A stretch of 64,000 nt of DNA from Chitinivibrionales bacterium (GTDB taxonomy: Bacteria > Fibrobacterota > Chitinivibrionia > Chitinivibrionales > WJKA01), in contig JBBRUX010000012.1 of the NCBI GenBank assembly GCA_038247415.1, positions 22,339-86,338 on the forward strand, read 5' to 3'. The translations under genes and the position numbers were made by a program. Below are positions 10,844-19,847 of the stretch, piece by piece (position 1 is the stretch's first letter; each line of letters starts with the position of its first letter). The notes below the pieces were generated by a model that was given only the letters and a program-made list of their open reading frames with translations, did no database searches and was not told where the DNA came from.

Positions 10844-11158
10844 CTATGTATTCTTCAAACCAAAATCTACCATGAGTTTATCAGCTAATTTGTCGGCAAA
10901 TTCTGCAGAATTATAATAACCCTTTTGAATTTTTTCTTTGACCTCTGCAACCTTCTCGAGTCGAACATCTGGCTGATTTTGAATGTGCAGTGACACGGTA
11001 GCCATTTCAGCTTTTGTGTTGCTCAGCCTTTGCGCGCCCTCCGAAAATTCGGAACGATCGATGGAACGCGTTTTGACTGGCTTCTCAGTTGTTTTGCGCA
11101 CGTTGTCGCTTTTACGCAATTCTGCGCTAAAGGCTTCGTTAACCGAGTGTATACGCAT
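10844..11158 (-). CDS. flgM: Anti-sigma-28 factor FlgM
   Basis: DRSEFS..A, PDVRLEKVAEVKEKIQKGYY...ADKL; perfect sigma-28 promoter upstream. Confidence 0.9.
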   Translation of the reverse strand: MRIHSVNEAFSAELRKSDNVRKTTEKPVKTRSIDRSEFSEGAQRLSNTKAEMATVSLHIQNQPDVRLEKVAEVKEKIQKGYYNSAEFADKLADKLMVDFGLKNT

Positions 11159-11207
11159 TTCTCATCACCACCTTCCAGGCTTTCGCCTATAAATACTCCT
11201 ATTATGT

Positions 11208-11234
11208 TTATCGGCCCTTTTGGGGGAAACTTTA
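11208..11234 (-). promoter_or_regulatory. Sigma-28 (FliA) promoter of flgM
   Basis: Minus strand TAAA-gtttcccccaaaagg(15)-GCCGATAA, exact consensus. Confidence 0.88.
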
Positions 11235-11358
11235 GGCCTAAATCGATAAATAGTTGTAGATTCGTTATTAAAGCTCAAATAACACAATATATCAATAACT
11301 TACATCGTTTGCCAATAACAGACAATACTATTATTCTAGCGTAATATAAAACTTTTTG

Positions 11359-12555
11359 CTATTGAATATTTCCAATCAGATCAAACATTGGCATATACAT
11401 GGCAATGAGAAGCCCTCCTATTATAACACCCATGAAAACGATCATGATTGGTTCTAATATCGAAGTAAGTGCTTCGACTGCAGCATCCACTTCTTCGGAA
11501 TAGAATTGAGCTATTTTTGCAAGCATGCCAGCAAGATCTCCTGTTTTTTCACCAACGGAGATCATATGAATAACCATTGGTGGGAATACGCCGGTTTCTT
11601 TGAGAGGCTCGGCAATTGTCATACCGCCTGAAATTTTCTCTTGCGTTCGCACTAATCCTCTTTCCAAAACTTTATTGCCAGAAGTTTTGCTGGTGATAGC
11701 GAGCGCATCAAGAATGGTAACGCCACTAGAAAGGAGTGTCGAGAGTGTCTGGGAGAATCGACTAATGGCGCTTTTCCTCTGGAGTCCACCAAGAATAGGA
11801 ATGTTGAGTAAGAGCGCATCAAGATTGTATTCTCCTTTTTCGGTGCCTCGATACATAGTGAATGCCACAGCTGCTCCAATTGCACCGGCAATCAAAAAGT
11901 AATAATAATTCCGCAAGAAATTAGAAAGATCGACAACAAATTGTGTCGGGGCAGGTAATTTGCTGCCTAAACTCGAAAACATTGCAGAAAATGTTGGAAC
12001 AACAAACGCAAGCATGACAATAACAACGCCAATTGCAATAATGCCCAGGATCAAGGGGTAGGTCATAGCCCCTTTGATTTTGCGTTGGATAGCCGCAGAT
12101 TTTTCTTGATAGTCTGCGAGCCGGATTAAAATTGTGTCTAAATTTCCAGAGGCTTCACCGGCAGAAACCATGCTGCAATAGAGTGTATTAAAAACAGCAG
12201 GAAATTTCGAAAGCGCATCGGCAAGACTTGCACCACCTTGAATATCGTTACTTGTTGCGCCAATCGCTTTGGCAAGTGTTTTATTTTCTGTTTGGCTTGA
12301 CAAGATATCAAGGCATTGTACGAGCGGTAGACCCGCAGAAGTCATGGCAGCAAATTGGCGTGTAAATCGGCTTAAATCATTAAGAGAAACGGTGCTAAAG
12401 GTAAAACCAAAACCCATAGGTTTACCCTTGACAGAAATTACCTTGATCTTTTTTTTGCGTAAAAGGGTGATAACTTCATTTTTCCCTGGTGCGTCAATCT
12501 CCCCTTTAATCTGCTTGCCATTGGCACCAACACCAGTATACAAAAATTTGGGCAT
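11359..12555 (-). CDS. pilC: Type IV pilus/T2SS platform protein PilC (GspF family)
   Basis: FTRQFAAM..AGLPL, AGEASGNL, AMTYP, GEKTGDL, LEPIMI. Confidence 0.93.
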   Translation of the reverse strand: MPKFLYTGVGANGKQIKGEIDAPGKNEVITLLRKKKIKVISVKGKPMGFGFTFSTVSLNDLSRFTRQFAAMTSAGLPLVQCLDILSSQTENKTLAKAIGATSNDIQGGASLADALSKFPAVFNTLYCSMVSAGEASGNLDTILIRLADYQEKSAAIQRKIKGAMTYPLILGIIAIGVVIVMLAFVVPTFSAMFSSLGSKLPAPTQFVVDLSNFLRNYYYFLIAGAIGAAVAFTMYRGTEKGEYNLDALLLNIPILGGLQRKSAISRFSQTLSTLLSSGVTILDALAITSKTSGNKVLERGLVRTQEKISGGMTIAEPLKETGVFPPMVIHMISVGEKTGDLAGMLAKIAQFYSEEVDAAVEALTSILEPIMIVFMGVIIGGLLIAMYMPMFDLIGNIQ

Positions 12556-12571
12556 GATAAACTCCAGAATA

Positions 12572-13636
12572 TTAAGTAGGGCTATTTCCTATAAGTTTCT
12601 GCAGACCGGCAGGGTCGGGACTTTTTCCTACCGCATCTTTCATGGAAATAAGTCGCTTTTGATAAAGTTTTGCTAACGATGCGTTCATTGTTTGCATGCC
12701 AAATTGTTGTCCAATTTCCATCATACCTTGAATCTGATGGGCCTTGTCATCGCGGATAAGGGCCCGAACAGCAGGCGTTGCGATAAGAATTTCGCACGCA
12801 AGAATTCGGCCTCCACCAATGAGGGGGACCAGCGCCTGGCTTATAATGCCTTCTAAAACCATCGAGAGTTGCGCTCTGACGGTGGCTTTCATTTCGGCGG
12901 GGAATACGTCTATTATTCGATTGACTGTTTGGGCGGCCGAATTGGTATGCAATGTTCCAAATGTTAAGTGGCCTGTCTCGGCAATGGTAAGTGCAGCCTG
13001 TATTGTTTCCAAGTCTCGCATTTCGCCAATAAGAACGTAGTCTGGGTCTTGACGAAGTGCTACTCTTAAAGCGCTTGCGAAACTTTCGGTGTCTTGCCGT
13101 ACTTCGCGCTGATTAACAATGCATTTTTTGTGATGATGAACAAATTCAATAGGGTCTTCTACGGTAAGAATGTGCCCTTCTTTTTCGGTGTTGAGTTTAT
13201 CGATCATCGCTGCCAAGGTAGTGCTTTTGCCGCTGCCGGTTGGACCCGTTATAAGAACCAGCCCGTTGGGTTTTTCGATAAGTTGAGAGGCGTTGCTTGG
13301 GACACCCAATGATTCTAGCGATCGAAGCTTATACGGTATCTGTCGAATTGCAGCACTGGTACATCCCCGCTGCAAGAATACGTTGGCTCTGAATCGCGAA
13401 AGATTTTGAACACCAAATGAGAAATCTACTTCCTTTTTTTGCTCGAATTGCTTTTTTTGAAGCTCATTCATAACGCTATAGGCAAGTTTGAGCACTTGAT
13501 CTGGTGTCAATTTTTCGGAATTGATAGGTGATAATTTACCATCAATACGAAAGAGCGGAGCCGACCCCGCTGTAAGATGAAGATCTGATGCATTAAGGTC
13601 TAGCATCTGGTGGAGGAGTTCTTGAATAGAAACCAT
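12572..13636 (-). CDS. pilT: Type IV pilus retraction ATPase PilT
   Basis: ASDLHL, GPTGSGKSTT, EDPIE, LRQDPD, GEMRD, TLHTNS. Confidence 0.95.
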   Translation of the reverse strand: MVSIQELLHQMLDLNASDLHLTAGSAPLFRIDGKLSPINSEKLTPDQVLKLAYSVMNELQKKQFEQKKEVDFSFGVQNLSRFRANVFLQRGCTSAAIRQIPYKLRSLESLGVPSNASQLIEKPNGLVLITGPTGSGKSTTLAAMIDKLNTEKEGHILTVEDPIEFVHHHKKCIVNQREVRQDTESFASALRVALRQDPDYVLIGEMRDLETIQAALTIAETGHLTFGTLHTNSAAQTVNRIIDVFPAEMKATVRAQLSMVLEGIISQALVPLIGGGRILACEILIATPAVRALIRDDKAHQIQGMMEIGQQFGMQTMNASLAKLYQKRLISMKDAVGKSPDPAGLQKLIGNSPT

Positions 13637-13689
13637 GGGTATCCTTTTATGTGGTGGATCAGTGCTGGTGTGCGCGAATCTGCCTCTAT

Positions 13690-14748
13690 TTACAAAGTTT
13701 CGTGATATTTAATGTAATAATCCCATTGTACAGTTTTGCCGGGGGGCACGACAAGAGGAACAAACGGTTCAGGACAAATTGCTGTTCGCGACCAGAGGTC
13801 AAATTTTGCAAGTGTCCCAGATGCGCCTATAGTTACTGCACCTTTAGTGCGAGAATTAATAACCGTCGCATAGTTTTTGGGATCCTTAACGACGGGCGAT
13901 CCAAAGGGAAGACCAGAAGCGTTGCCACCAAATTTTCTTAGAAATAGGACAGTATCCCCGGATAGTGCGTTAAGATCACCACAGGCTTTTTTCAATTCTT
14001 CGGTAATCGTGGGAGTAAATCCAAGGAGCACCCGATATATAGGACCAATTGAATCATCGTCGATAATGGTAATGTTATGGCTAAATTGTTCCGACTTAAG
14101 GGTGTCGGTAGAGGTGTTTTTGAGCTCGTGGTGAATGGTTATGGAATTATTGATAAGGGTTATTTTTTTGCTATAGTTGTAAGAAACATGCCCTTTGCAT
14201 ACAGGAATACTTTGCTTAAAAACAATGGCCGTTGAGCACGCCAAAATAGCCCACGGCGGTTGCAGGGCAAAGGTATAGGGGGTATTGAAAAAATAGTTTT
14301 TGTGCTCAGATTTTTTAATGAGTTTGCCAACCCCAATTTTAGTGAATGCACTATCTACAGGTGTTTTATCAAACTCTTGAGCATTACCGATATCAAATTC
14401 TTCTGCAGGACCAATGGCATGCTCAGGATTTTCTGCATTATGGGGCCAAAAATCCCAATGTCGATAAAATGTGTGATTCTTGTAGGTGACGCGTCCTATC
14501 ATGCCCGACCAGTCAAACCGGCTGCCACGATAAAACCCATTTTTTGCTTGGGGGAGGTAGATAACTACTTTGAGGGAATCGTTGCGCAATACAATTGATG
14601 GAGCTAATGCTGTGTCAGAAACGGAAACAGTTTTCCACGCTGAGGTCTCGCTGTTTTTTGTAGATTGCGCAGCTTCAGTCCTCTTTAAACAAACCATCGT
14701 CGCAAGCAATGCTATTAAAATCAGTTTGTTTGAGTATAATCGCTTCAT
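13690..14748 (-). CDS. Secreted hypothetical protein, possibly galactose-mutarotase-like
   Basis: Signal peptide MKRLYSNK...; YRGSRFDWSG, GPAEEF, ICPEPF motifs. Confidence 0.55.
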   Translation of the reverse strand: MKRLYSNKLILIALLATMVCLKRTEAAQSTKNSETSAWKTVSVSDTALAPSIVLRNDSLKVVIYLPQAKNGFYRGSRFDWSGMIGRVTYKNHTFYRHWDFWPHNAENPEHAIGPAEEFDIGNAQEFDKTPVDSAFTKIGVGKLIKKSEHKNYFFNTPYTFALQPPWAILACSTAIVFKQSIPVCKGHVSYNYSKKITLINNSITIHHELKNTSTDTLKSEQFSHNITIIDDDSIGPIYRVLLGFTPTITEELKKACGDLNALSGDTVLFLRKFGGNASGLPFGSPVVKDPKNYATVINSRTKGAVTIGASGTLAKFDLWSRTAICPEPFVPLVVPPGKTVQWDYYIKYHETL

Positions 14749-14957
14749 GGCCGCCCTTTTAAAAATGTCATAAAATGTCAATACGTACACTGTTGGATTG
14801 GCTATCTTATCTACTATATATTTGAAAATACTTGTATTGGAAGGATGTGGGCAACTTAATAGAGCAAATCGTAGCGATTGCTAAGAATTGTGCCGTATCG
14901 ATCATTGCCTAAAAAAGCCTGCTGAGGAACATGTCCGTGTTATATTTTGCATGCACT

Positions 14958-16292
14958 ATGAACAAACCGTTCCAATTCCCCCCGACAGATGAAATGGTAC
15001 TTTCTAATGGGGTTCGTTTTATCGTAATTCCCGTTGCTCAGGAAGGCCTTTCGATAGCAGTTTCATTGGGCAGAGGTCGATATGCGGATCCTCTTACGCT
15101 CGAAGGATGTGCTACCCTCACTGCCTCCATGCTTTTAAAAGGCTCGCAGGCTATGTCTCGCGATGCATTTTCTCACTTTTTTGAAGAGCGAGGGGCATCT
15201 TTATTCGCAGACGTTACCGATGAACGGATGGTCATTGGTTGTCGCATGCTCTCCCGATTCTCTGGCGATCTCCTCGATCGATTTTGCGAAATGCTCTCAG
15301 AGCCGGCATTCGATGCGGAGGAACTCGCGCGCATGAAAAAAGAGTGCATAAGTGCGCTTGCCTCCGAATCAACAGATCCTTCTACGCTTGTCCACCATTG
15401 TTTTGCTCAGCAAATGTTCCCGTCTACCCATCCTGCCGGACGAATCAGTACTGCTCAATCCATTAAAAGAATTACCCGGGATTCTCTTGTTGATTTTTAT
15501 AGAAAAGCGTATACGGGAAATCAGGCTATCGTGGTACTTGCAGGAGATAGTGGGAATCTATCGATTCAAAAGATACGAGAACGATTTGAGTCGATTCCAG
15601 CCGATACCTTAGGCGCAAACAAAGAAAATTTTACACTAACAGCAACGCTCAGTAAAATTGCAACCTATGTTGTTGACAAGAGAGATCTTACACAGACAAC
15701 TATTCTGGCTGGATATGCCATGCCAGGCGAGTATTCGCCCGACAGACTTGCGTTGTCGATTGCGAATTATATCTTTGGTGGTGGAAATTTTTCATCCCGG
15801 CTTATGGAGCGCATTCGAAGTAAAGAAGGGTCTACGTATGGGGTTTCTTCACAACTGGTAACGAATGCTTGGTTTGGAATTTTTACCATGAGCACAACTA
15901 CGCAAACATCCCGTACCAAAGCTATGATCGAAGCCCTCGTAGAGGAACATGCCCGTTTTGTTGATAAGGGAATTACTTCGGAAGAACTCCTGTTTGCACA
16001 AAAATATGCTGCTGGTAGCATGGCTTTTGAGCTTGAAGGCCTGAGCAGCATTTCTGAAAAGATATTGTATCTGCGCACCTATGGACGAACAAATGAGTAT
16101 ATCGAGAAGTTTTGTGACTTGGTATATTCATTGACTTGCGATCAGGTTAATGATGCACTTTTTCGGCACCATAAAGATAAGCATCTCACCATTGTGGCAG
16201 TGGGCAACAGCCAGCTTTTTAGCAATGAGTTATCGCAATTTAATGTCCAATGCGTTATTCCGTTTAGAAAAATAGCAACTGTCAATGCGTAA
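14958..16292 (+). CDS. M16 (pitrilysin-family) peptidase, probably the non-catalytic subunit
   Basis: LSNG, GGGNFSSRLMERIRSKEGSTYGV; no HxxEH motif. Confidence 0.85.
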   Translation: MNKPFQFPPTDEMVLSNGVRFIVIPVAQEGLSIAVSLGRGRYADPLTLEGCATLTASMLLKGSQAMSRDAFSHFFEERGASLFADVTDERMVIGCRMLSRFSGDLLDRFCEMLSEPAFDAEELARMKKECISALASESTDPSTLVHHCFAQQMFPSTHPAGRISTAQSIKRITRDSLVDFYRKAYTGNQAIVVLAGDSGNLSIQKIRERFESIPADTLGANKENFTLTATLSKIATYVVDKRDLTQTTILAGYAMPGEYSPDRLALSIANYIFGGGNFSSRLMERIRSKEGSTYGVSSQLVTNAWFGIFTMSTTTQTSRTKAMIEALVEEHARFVDKGITSEELLFAQKYAAGSMAFELEGLSSISEKILYLRTYGRTNEYIEKFCDLVYSLTCDQVNDALFRHHKDKHLTIVAVGNSQLFSNELSQFNVQCVIPFRKIATVNA

Positions 16293-16353
16293 ACGGTATT
16301 GAGCAAAAATAGCGTTGGGTAAAGCAATGCATATTTCACCTTGAAGGTGCTTT

Positions 16354-16854
16354 ATGGAACGAGTATATGTTTCACTTGGAACAAATATGGGAGATCGTGA
16401 AGCAACTATTGCATCAATGGAAAAAAGAGTTTTTGAGTTGCTCGTTGGGGAAATCAAATCCTCATTACTCATGGAAACACAGCCGGTGGATGTTCTGGAA
16501 GTTCAACAGTGGTATCTTAATAAAATCATATCTGGTTATTATCGGGGGAATGCGCACGAGCTTTTGACACAATGTCAGGAAATAGAAACAATACTGGGGA
16601 GAACTAGGATTGGGTATCATGCAAGCAGAACAGCAGACATCGACATCGTACTTTTTGGCAAGCTTGTTATTACTACTGCTTCGCTTACGATTCCGCATCC
16701 AGCAATTGCACAGCGTCGATATTTGATAGAGGGTATCTGTCAGATCGATGCGTGTGCCCCTATTGCGGGTTTGGGTAGTGCGGCAAAGGTGCGTGCAACA
16801 CTTTCTCCGGGTGTAGCAGAACAAAAAGTAATATTTACAGAGCGCGGCAGTTAA
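16354..16854 (+). CDS. folK: HPPK (6-hydroxymethyl-dihydropterin pyrophosphokinase)
   Basis: YVSLGTNMGDR, RTADIDIV, IPHP. Confidence 0.92.
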   Translation: MERVYVSLGTNMGDREATIASMEKRVFELLVGEIKSSLLMETQPVDVLEVQQWYLNKIISGYYRGNAHELLTQCQEIETILGRTRIGYHASRTADIDIVLFGKLVITTASLTIPHPAIAQRRYLIEGICQIDACAPIAGLGSAAKVRATLSPGVAEQKVIFTERGS

Positions 16855-16896
16855 GAATTTGTACTATACACGTTTTGGATGAGAGGGTATTCTATA

Positions 16897-17586
16897 ATGC
16901 ACAAATGGCCATTTAATCATATTTGCATCGAAGGGGTTATAGGGGCAGGTAAGACATCTCTTTGTCAATTATTATCAGAGCAATGTGATGGCAAAGTTGT
17001 CCTGGAAAAGGTAGAAGAAAATCCTTTTTTGTCTCGATTTTATAAAAATCGATCTGCCTATGCTTTTCAGACGCAACTCTGGTTCCTTCTTGCCCGTTTT
17101 AAGCAGCTTTCCGAAGAACTTGTTCAGCAGGATCTTTTCCATAGTATGGTTTTTGCCGACTATATGCTTGCAAAAGATCGGATTTTTGCGCAAATCAATC
17201 TGGATGAAAATGAGCTTATGCTTTACTCCGCCTTGGCGGAGGTGCTTGATAAAAAGGTACCGCGACCCGAATTGGTAATCTATTTGCAAGCTTCCACGGA
17301 TGTTCTATTGCAGAGAATCGAAAAACGCGGAAGACCTTTTGAGTTTAATATGGATCGATCATATATCGAATCGCTGAATGAAGCTTATAATCATTTTTTC
17401 TTTCATTTTGAAGATTGCCCTTTACTTATCATTAATACTAACGAAATTGACTTTGTTGCTGCAACCGAAGACCTGGATACCATTATCGAACAAATTATGG
17501 CGATTCGCTCTGGGGTACAGTATTTTCAGCCACCAACTGCATTAGATCGCCAAAGATTTAAAGAACAAAAGCGGAATTCACTGTAG
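16897..17586 (+). CDS. Deoxynucleoside kinase
   Basis: IEGVIGAGKT, ENPFL..FY, QL.FLLAR, RIEKRGR. Confidence 0.92.
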   Translation: MHKWPFNHICIEGVIGAGKTSLCQLLSEQCDGKVVLEKVEENPFLSRFYKNRSAYAFQTQLWFLLARFKQLSEELVQQDLFHSMVFADYMLAKDRIFAQINLDENELMLYSALAEVLDKKVPRPELVIYLQASTDVLLQRIEKRGRPFEFNMDRSYIESLNEAYNHFFFHFEDCPLLIINTNEIDFVAATEDLDTIIEQIMAIRSGVQYFQPPTALDRQRFKEQKRNSL

Positions 17587-17632
17587 GCTTTTGCATACAG
17601 CAATAACCTACCTCTAACAAAGGCGAATAAGC

Positions 17633-18490
17633 GTGGAAGTGTTTAAAACGATAGAAGAAATGCAGGATTTTAGTCGCATACAGCGCACGATGGGTAATCG
17701 AATTGGTTTTGTGCCTACCATGGGGGCTCTTCACAAAGGACATTTATCTTTATTAAAATATGCTCAGCAAGTTTCCGATGTGTCGGTGATGAGCATTTTT
17801 GTTAATCCAACTCAATTTGGGCCTGCAGAAGATTTTTCAAAATACCCCCGCCCTTTCGATGCTGATTGTGAGCGTGCCAAAAGCAATGGATGTCAGGCAC
17901 TGTTTGCACCTACACCTGCAACCATGTATCCTAAAGACTATGTAACCTATGTTAATGTCCGTACGATCACGGAACCATTATGTGGGGCAATCAGGCCAGG
18001 GCATTTTGAAGGCGTAACCACAATTGTGCTAAAACTCTTTAATTGCGTTATGCCTCATATTGCTATTTTTGGACAAAAGGATGCGCAGCAATGCATTGTT
18101 ATTAAAAGAATGGTCCTTGATCTTAACATGGATATGCACATTGCTATTGCTCCAACGCTTCGAGAATCCGATGGCGTAGCAATGAGCTCGCGCAATAGTT
18201 ACCTAACTCCTTTAGAGCGAAGTCAAGCAATATCGCTTTCTAAAGGATTGGGAATGGCGCAAGATTTGTTTTGTAAAGGGGTTGTTCAAACAGGAGAACT
18301 TCTTACGGTTATTACGCAGCAGATCAATCAAGCAACCGAATTGCACATCGAATATGTTGAGGCGGTTTCAACGCTTTCTCTTGAAAAAACCGATATCATA
18401 GCCGGCCCAACGCTCTTTGCCTGCGCGGTTCGTACAAAAACGAGCGGTACCAGATTAATTGACAATTGCATTATTGGAGGTTCTTTGTGA
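17633..18490 (+). CDS. panC: Pantoate--beta-alanine ligase
   Basis: VPTMGALHKGH, SIFVNPTQF, RPGHF, GQKDAQQ, MSSRN, RLIDN. Confidence 0.97.
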   Translation: MEVFKTIEEMQDFSRIQRTMGNRIGFVPTMGALHKGHLSLLKYAQQVSDVSVMSIFVNPTQFGPAEDFSKYPRPFDADCERAKSNGCQALFAPTPATMYPKDYVTYVNVRTITEPLCGAIRPGHFEGVTTIVLKLFNCVMPHIAIFGQKDAQQCIVIKRMVLDLNMDMHIAIAPTLRESDGVAMSSRNSYLTPLERSQAISLSKGLGMAQDLFCKGVVQTGELLTVITQQINQATELHIEYVEAVSTLSLEKTDIIAGPTLFACAVRTKTSGTRLIDNCIIGGSL

Positions 18491-19782
18491 GTACTGTTAA
18501 TGCCCCCATGCAGCAAACACCTATTATCTATAATTTGTTTCCACGGCATTTTAAAAAAATAGGGGATTGGTCTAAAAAGCTCGCGCACATTGCTGCTTTG
18601 GGCTGCAATTGGGTGTACGTTAATCCTTTTCATGAAACGGGCTTTTCGGGAAGCCTGTATGCTATTAAAAATTACTATAAGCTCAATCCACTGTTTTTGA
18701 CAAAAAAAAACGACCCCTCAGATCTTAGCCCGTTGGTTTTGTTTGTTGATGAATGCGCAAAAAAGAAGCTGGCTGTCATGATGGATTTGGTTATTAATCA
18801 TACCGCCTTCGACTCTGTGCTTGTTGACGAGCATCCATCATGGTTTAAACGCGATGCAGCTGGCAAGCTTGTTAGTCCTTCTGCTATAGATCCAGCAAAT
18901 GCCGATTCTGTAACGGTGTGGGGTGATTTAGCGTCCATTGATAATCAAGAAAGTTCCGACAAAAAGGCACTCTGGCGCTATTGGGATACCCTTATTGCTT
19001 TTTATCAGAATCTTGGAATTAAAGGATTCAGATGCGATGCCGCTTATCAAGTGTCAAGTGACCTGTGGAAGTTTCTTATAACAGCAGCATGCAAACGGGA
19101 TCCCACAACGGTCTTTGTTGCAGAAACCCTTGGGTGTCGCCTTGAGGAAATAGAAGCTTTGAAACCGGCTGGTTTTCATTTTCTTTTTAATTCATCAAAG
19201 TGGTGGAAATTTGATGAGCCCTGGTGTCTCGATCAACATGAGGCTAACAGGATGATTGCTCCTTCGATTAGTTTTGCCGAATCCCACGATACTCTAAGGA
19301 TTGCCTTGGAAGCAGAAAATAATGTAAATGTTGTTAAAGCACGCTATGCATTTGCTTCTGTTTTTTCTGCCGGGATTCTCTTAACAATGGGGTTTGAATA
19401 TGGCGAGCATGTCAAAATGGAAGTCGTGCATGGCACCCCTGCCGATGTATCTGAGCCAGTGTGGGATTTGTCGGGTTGGATTAAGAAAATTCACGCTCTT
19501 AAGCTTTCTCTGCCGGTGCTTGGGGAAGAAGGCACATGGGTTGTTCTCACTTTATTGACAGATCCGGTAGTTGTTCTCCAAAAGACTTCTTTGCAAGGCG
19601 AGTTGCCTTGTTTGGTGTGTATTAACAAAGAAGCAACGCAGGCACTACTAGATTTAAAGACCGTTGCGGGGCTTGTCTGGAATGTTAAAAACGCTCTACG
19701 CATCTGCTCAGAGAATCCGGTGTCTGAATCGTGTTCGGGTTCTCTACAAATTAATCCTGGCGAAATAGTTCTTATTGTGTAA
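18487..19782 (+). CDS. GH13 alpha-amylase-family glycosidase
   Basis: IYNLFP, DLVINH, GFRCDAA, AETLG, ESHDT catalytic regions; GTG start overlaps the panC stop. Confidence 0.88.
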   Translation: MSTVNAPMQQTPIIYNLFPRHFKKIGDWSKKLAHIAALGCNWVYVNPFHETGFSGSLYAIKNYYKLNPLFLTKKNDPSDLSPLVLFVDECAKKKLAVMMDLVINHTAFDSVLVDEHPSWFKRDAAGKLVSPSAIDPANADSVTVWGDLASIDNQESSDKKALWRYWDTLIAFYQNLGIKGFRCDAAYQVSSDLWKFLITAACKRDPTTVFVAETLGCRLEEIEALKPAGFHFLFNSSKWWKFDEPWCLDQHEANRMIAPSISFAESHDTLRIALEAENNVNVVKARYAFASVFSAGILLTMGFEYGEHVKMEVVHGTPADVSEPVWDLSGWIKKIHALKLSLPVLGEEGTWVVLTLLTDPVVVLQKTSLQGELPCLVCINKEATQALLDLKTVAGLVWNVKNALRICSENPVSESCSGSLQINPGEIVLIV

Positions 19783-19795
19783 TAACCGTTGGGTG

Positions 19796-19828
19796 GATGC
19801 AATCGGTATCCTTGTGTCCGATTGCATC
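19796..19828. terminator. Hairpin between convergent genes
   Basis: GATGCAATCGG-N11-CCGATTGCATC, perfect 11-bp stem. Confidence 0.6.
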
Positions 19829-19847
19829 GACTCTTTGGTTCATTGTA

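Noticed and set aside
16354..18490. panB missing between the kinase and panC; pilB missing before pilT
   Set aside because: Ordinary operon rearrangement; the genes may be elsewhere in the genome.
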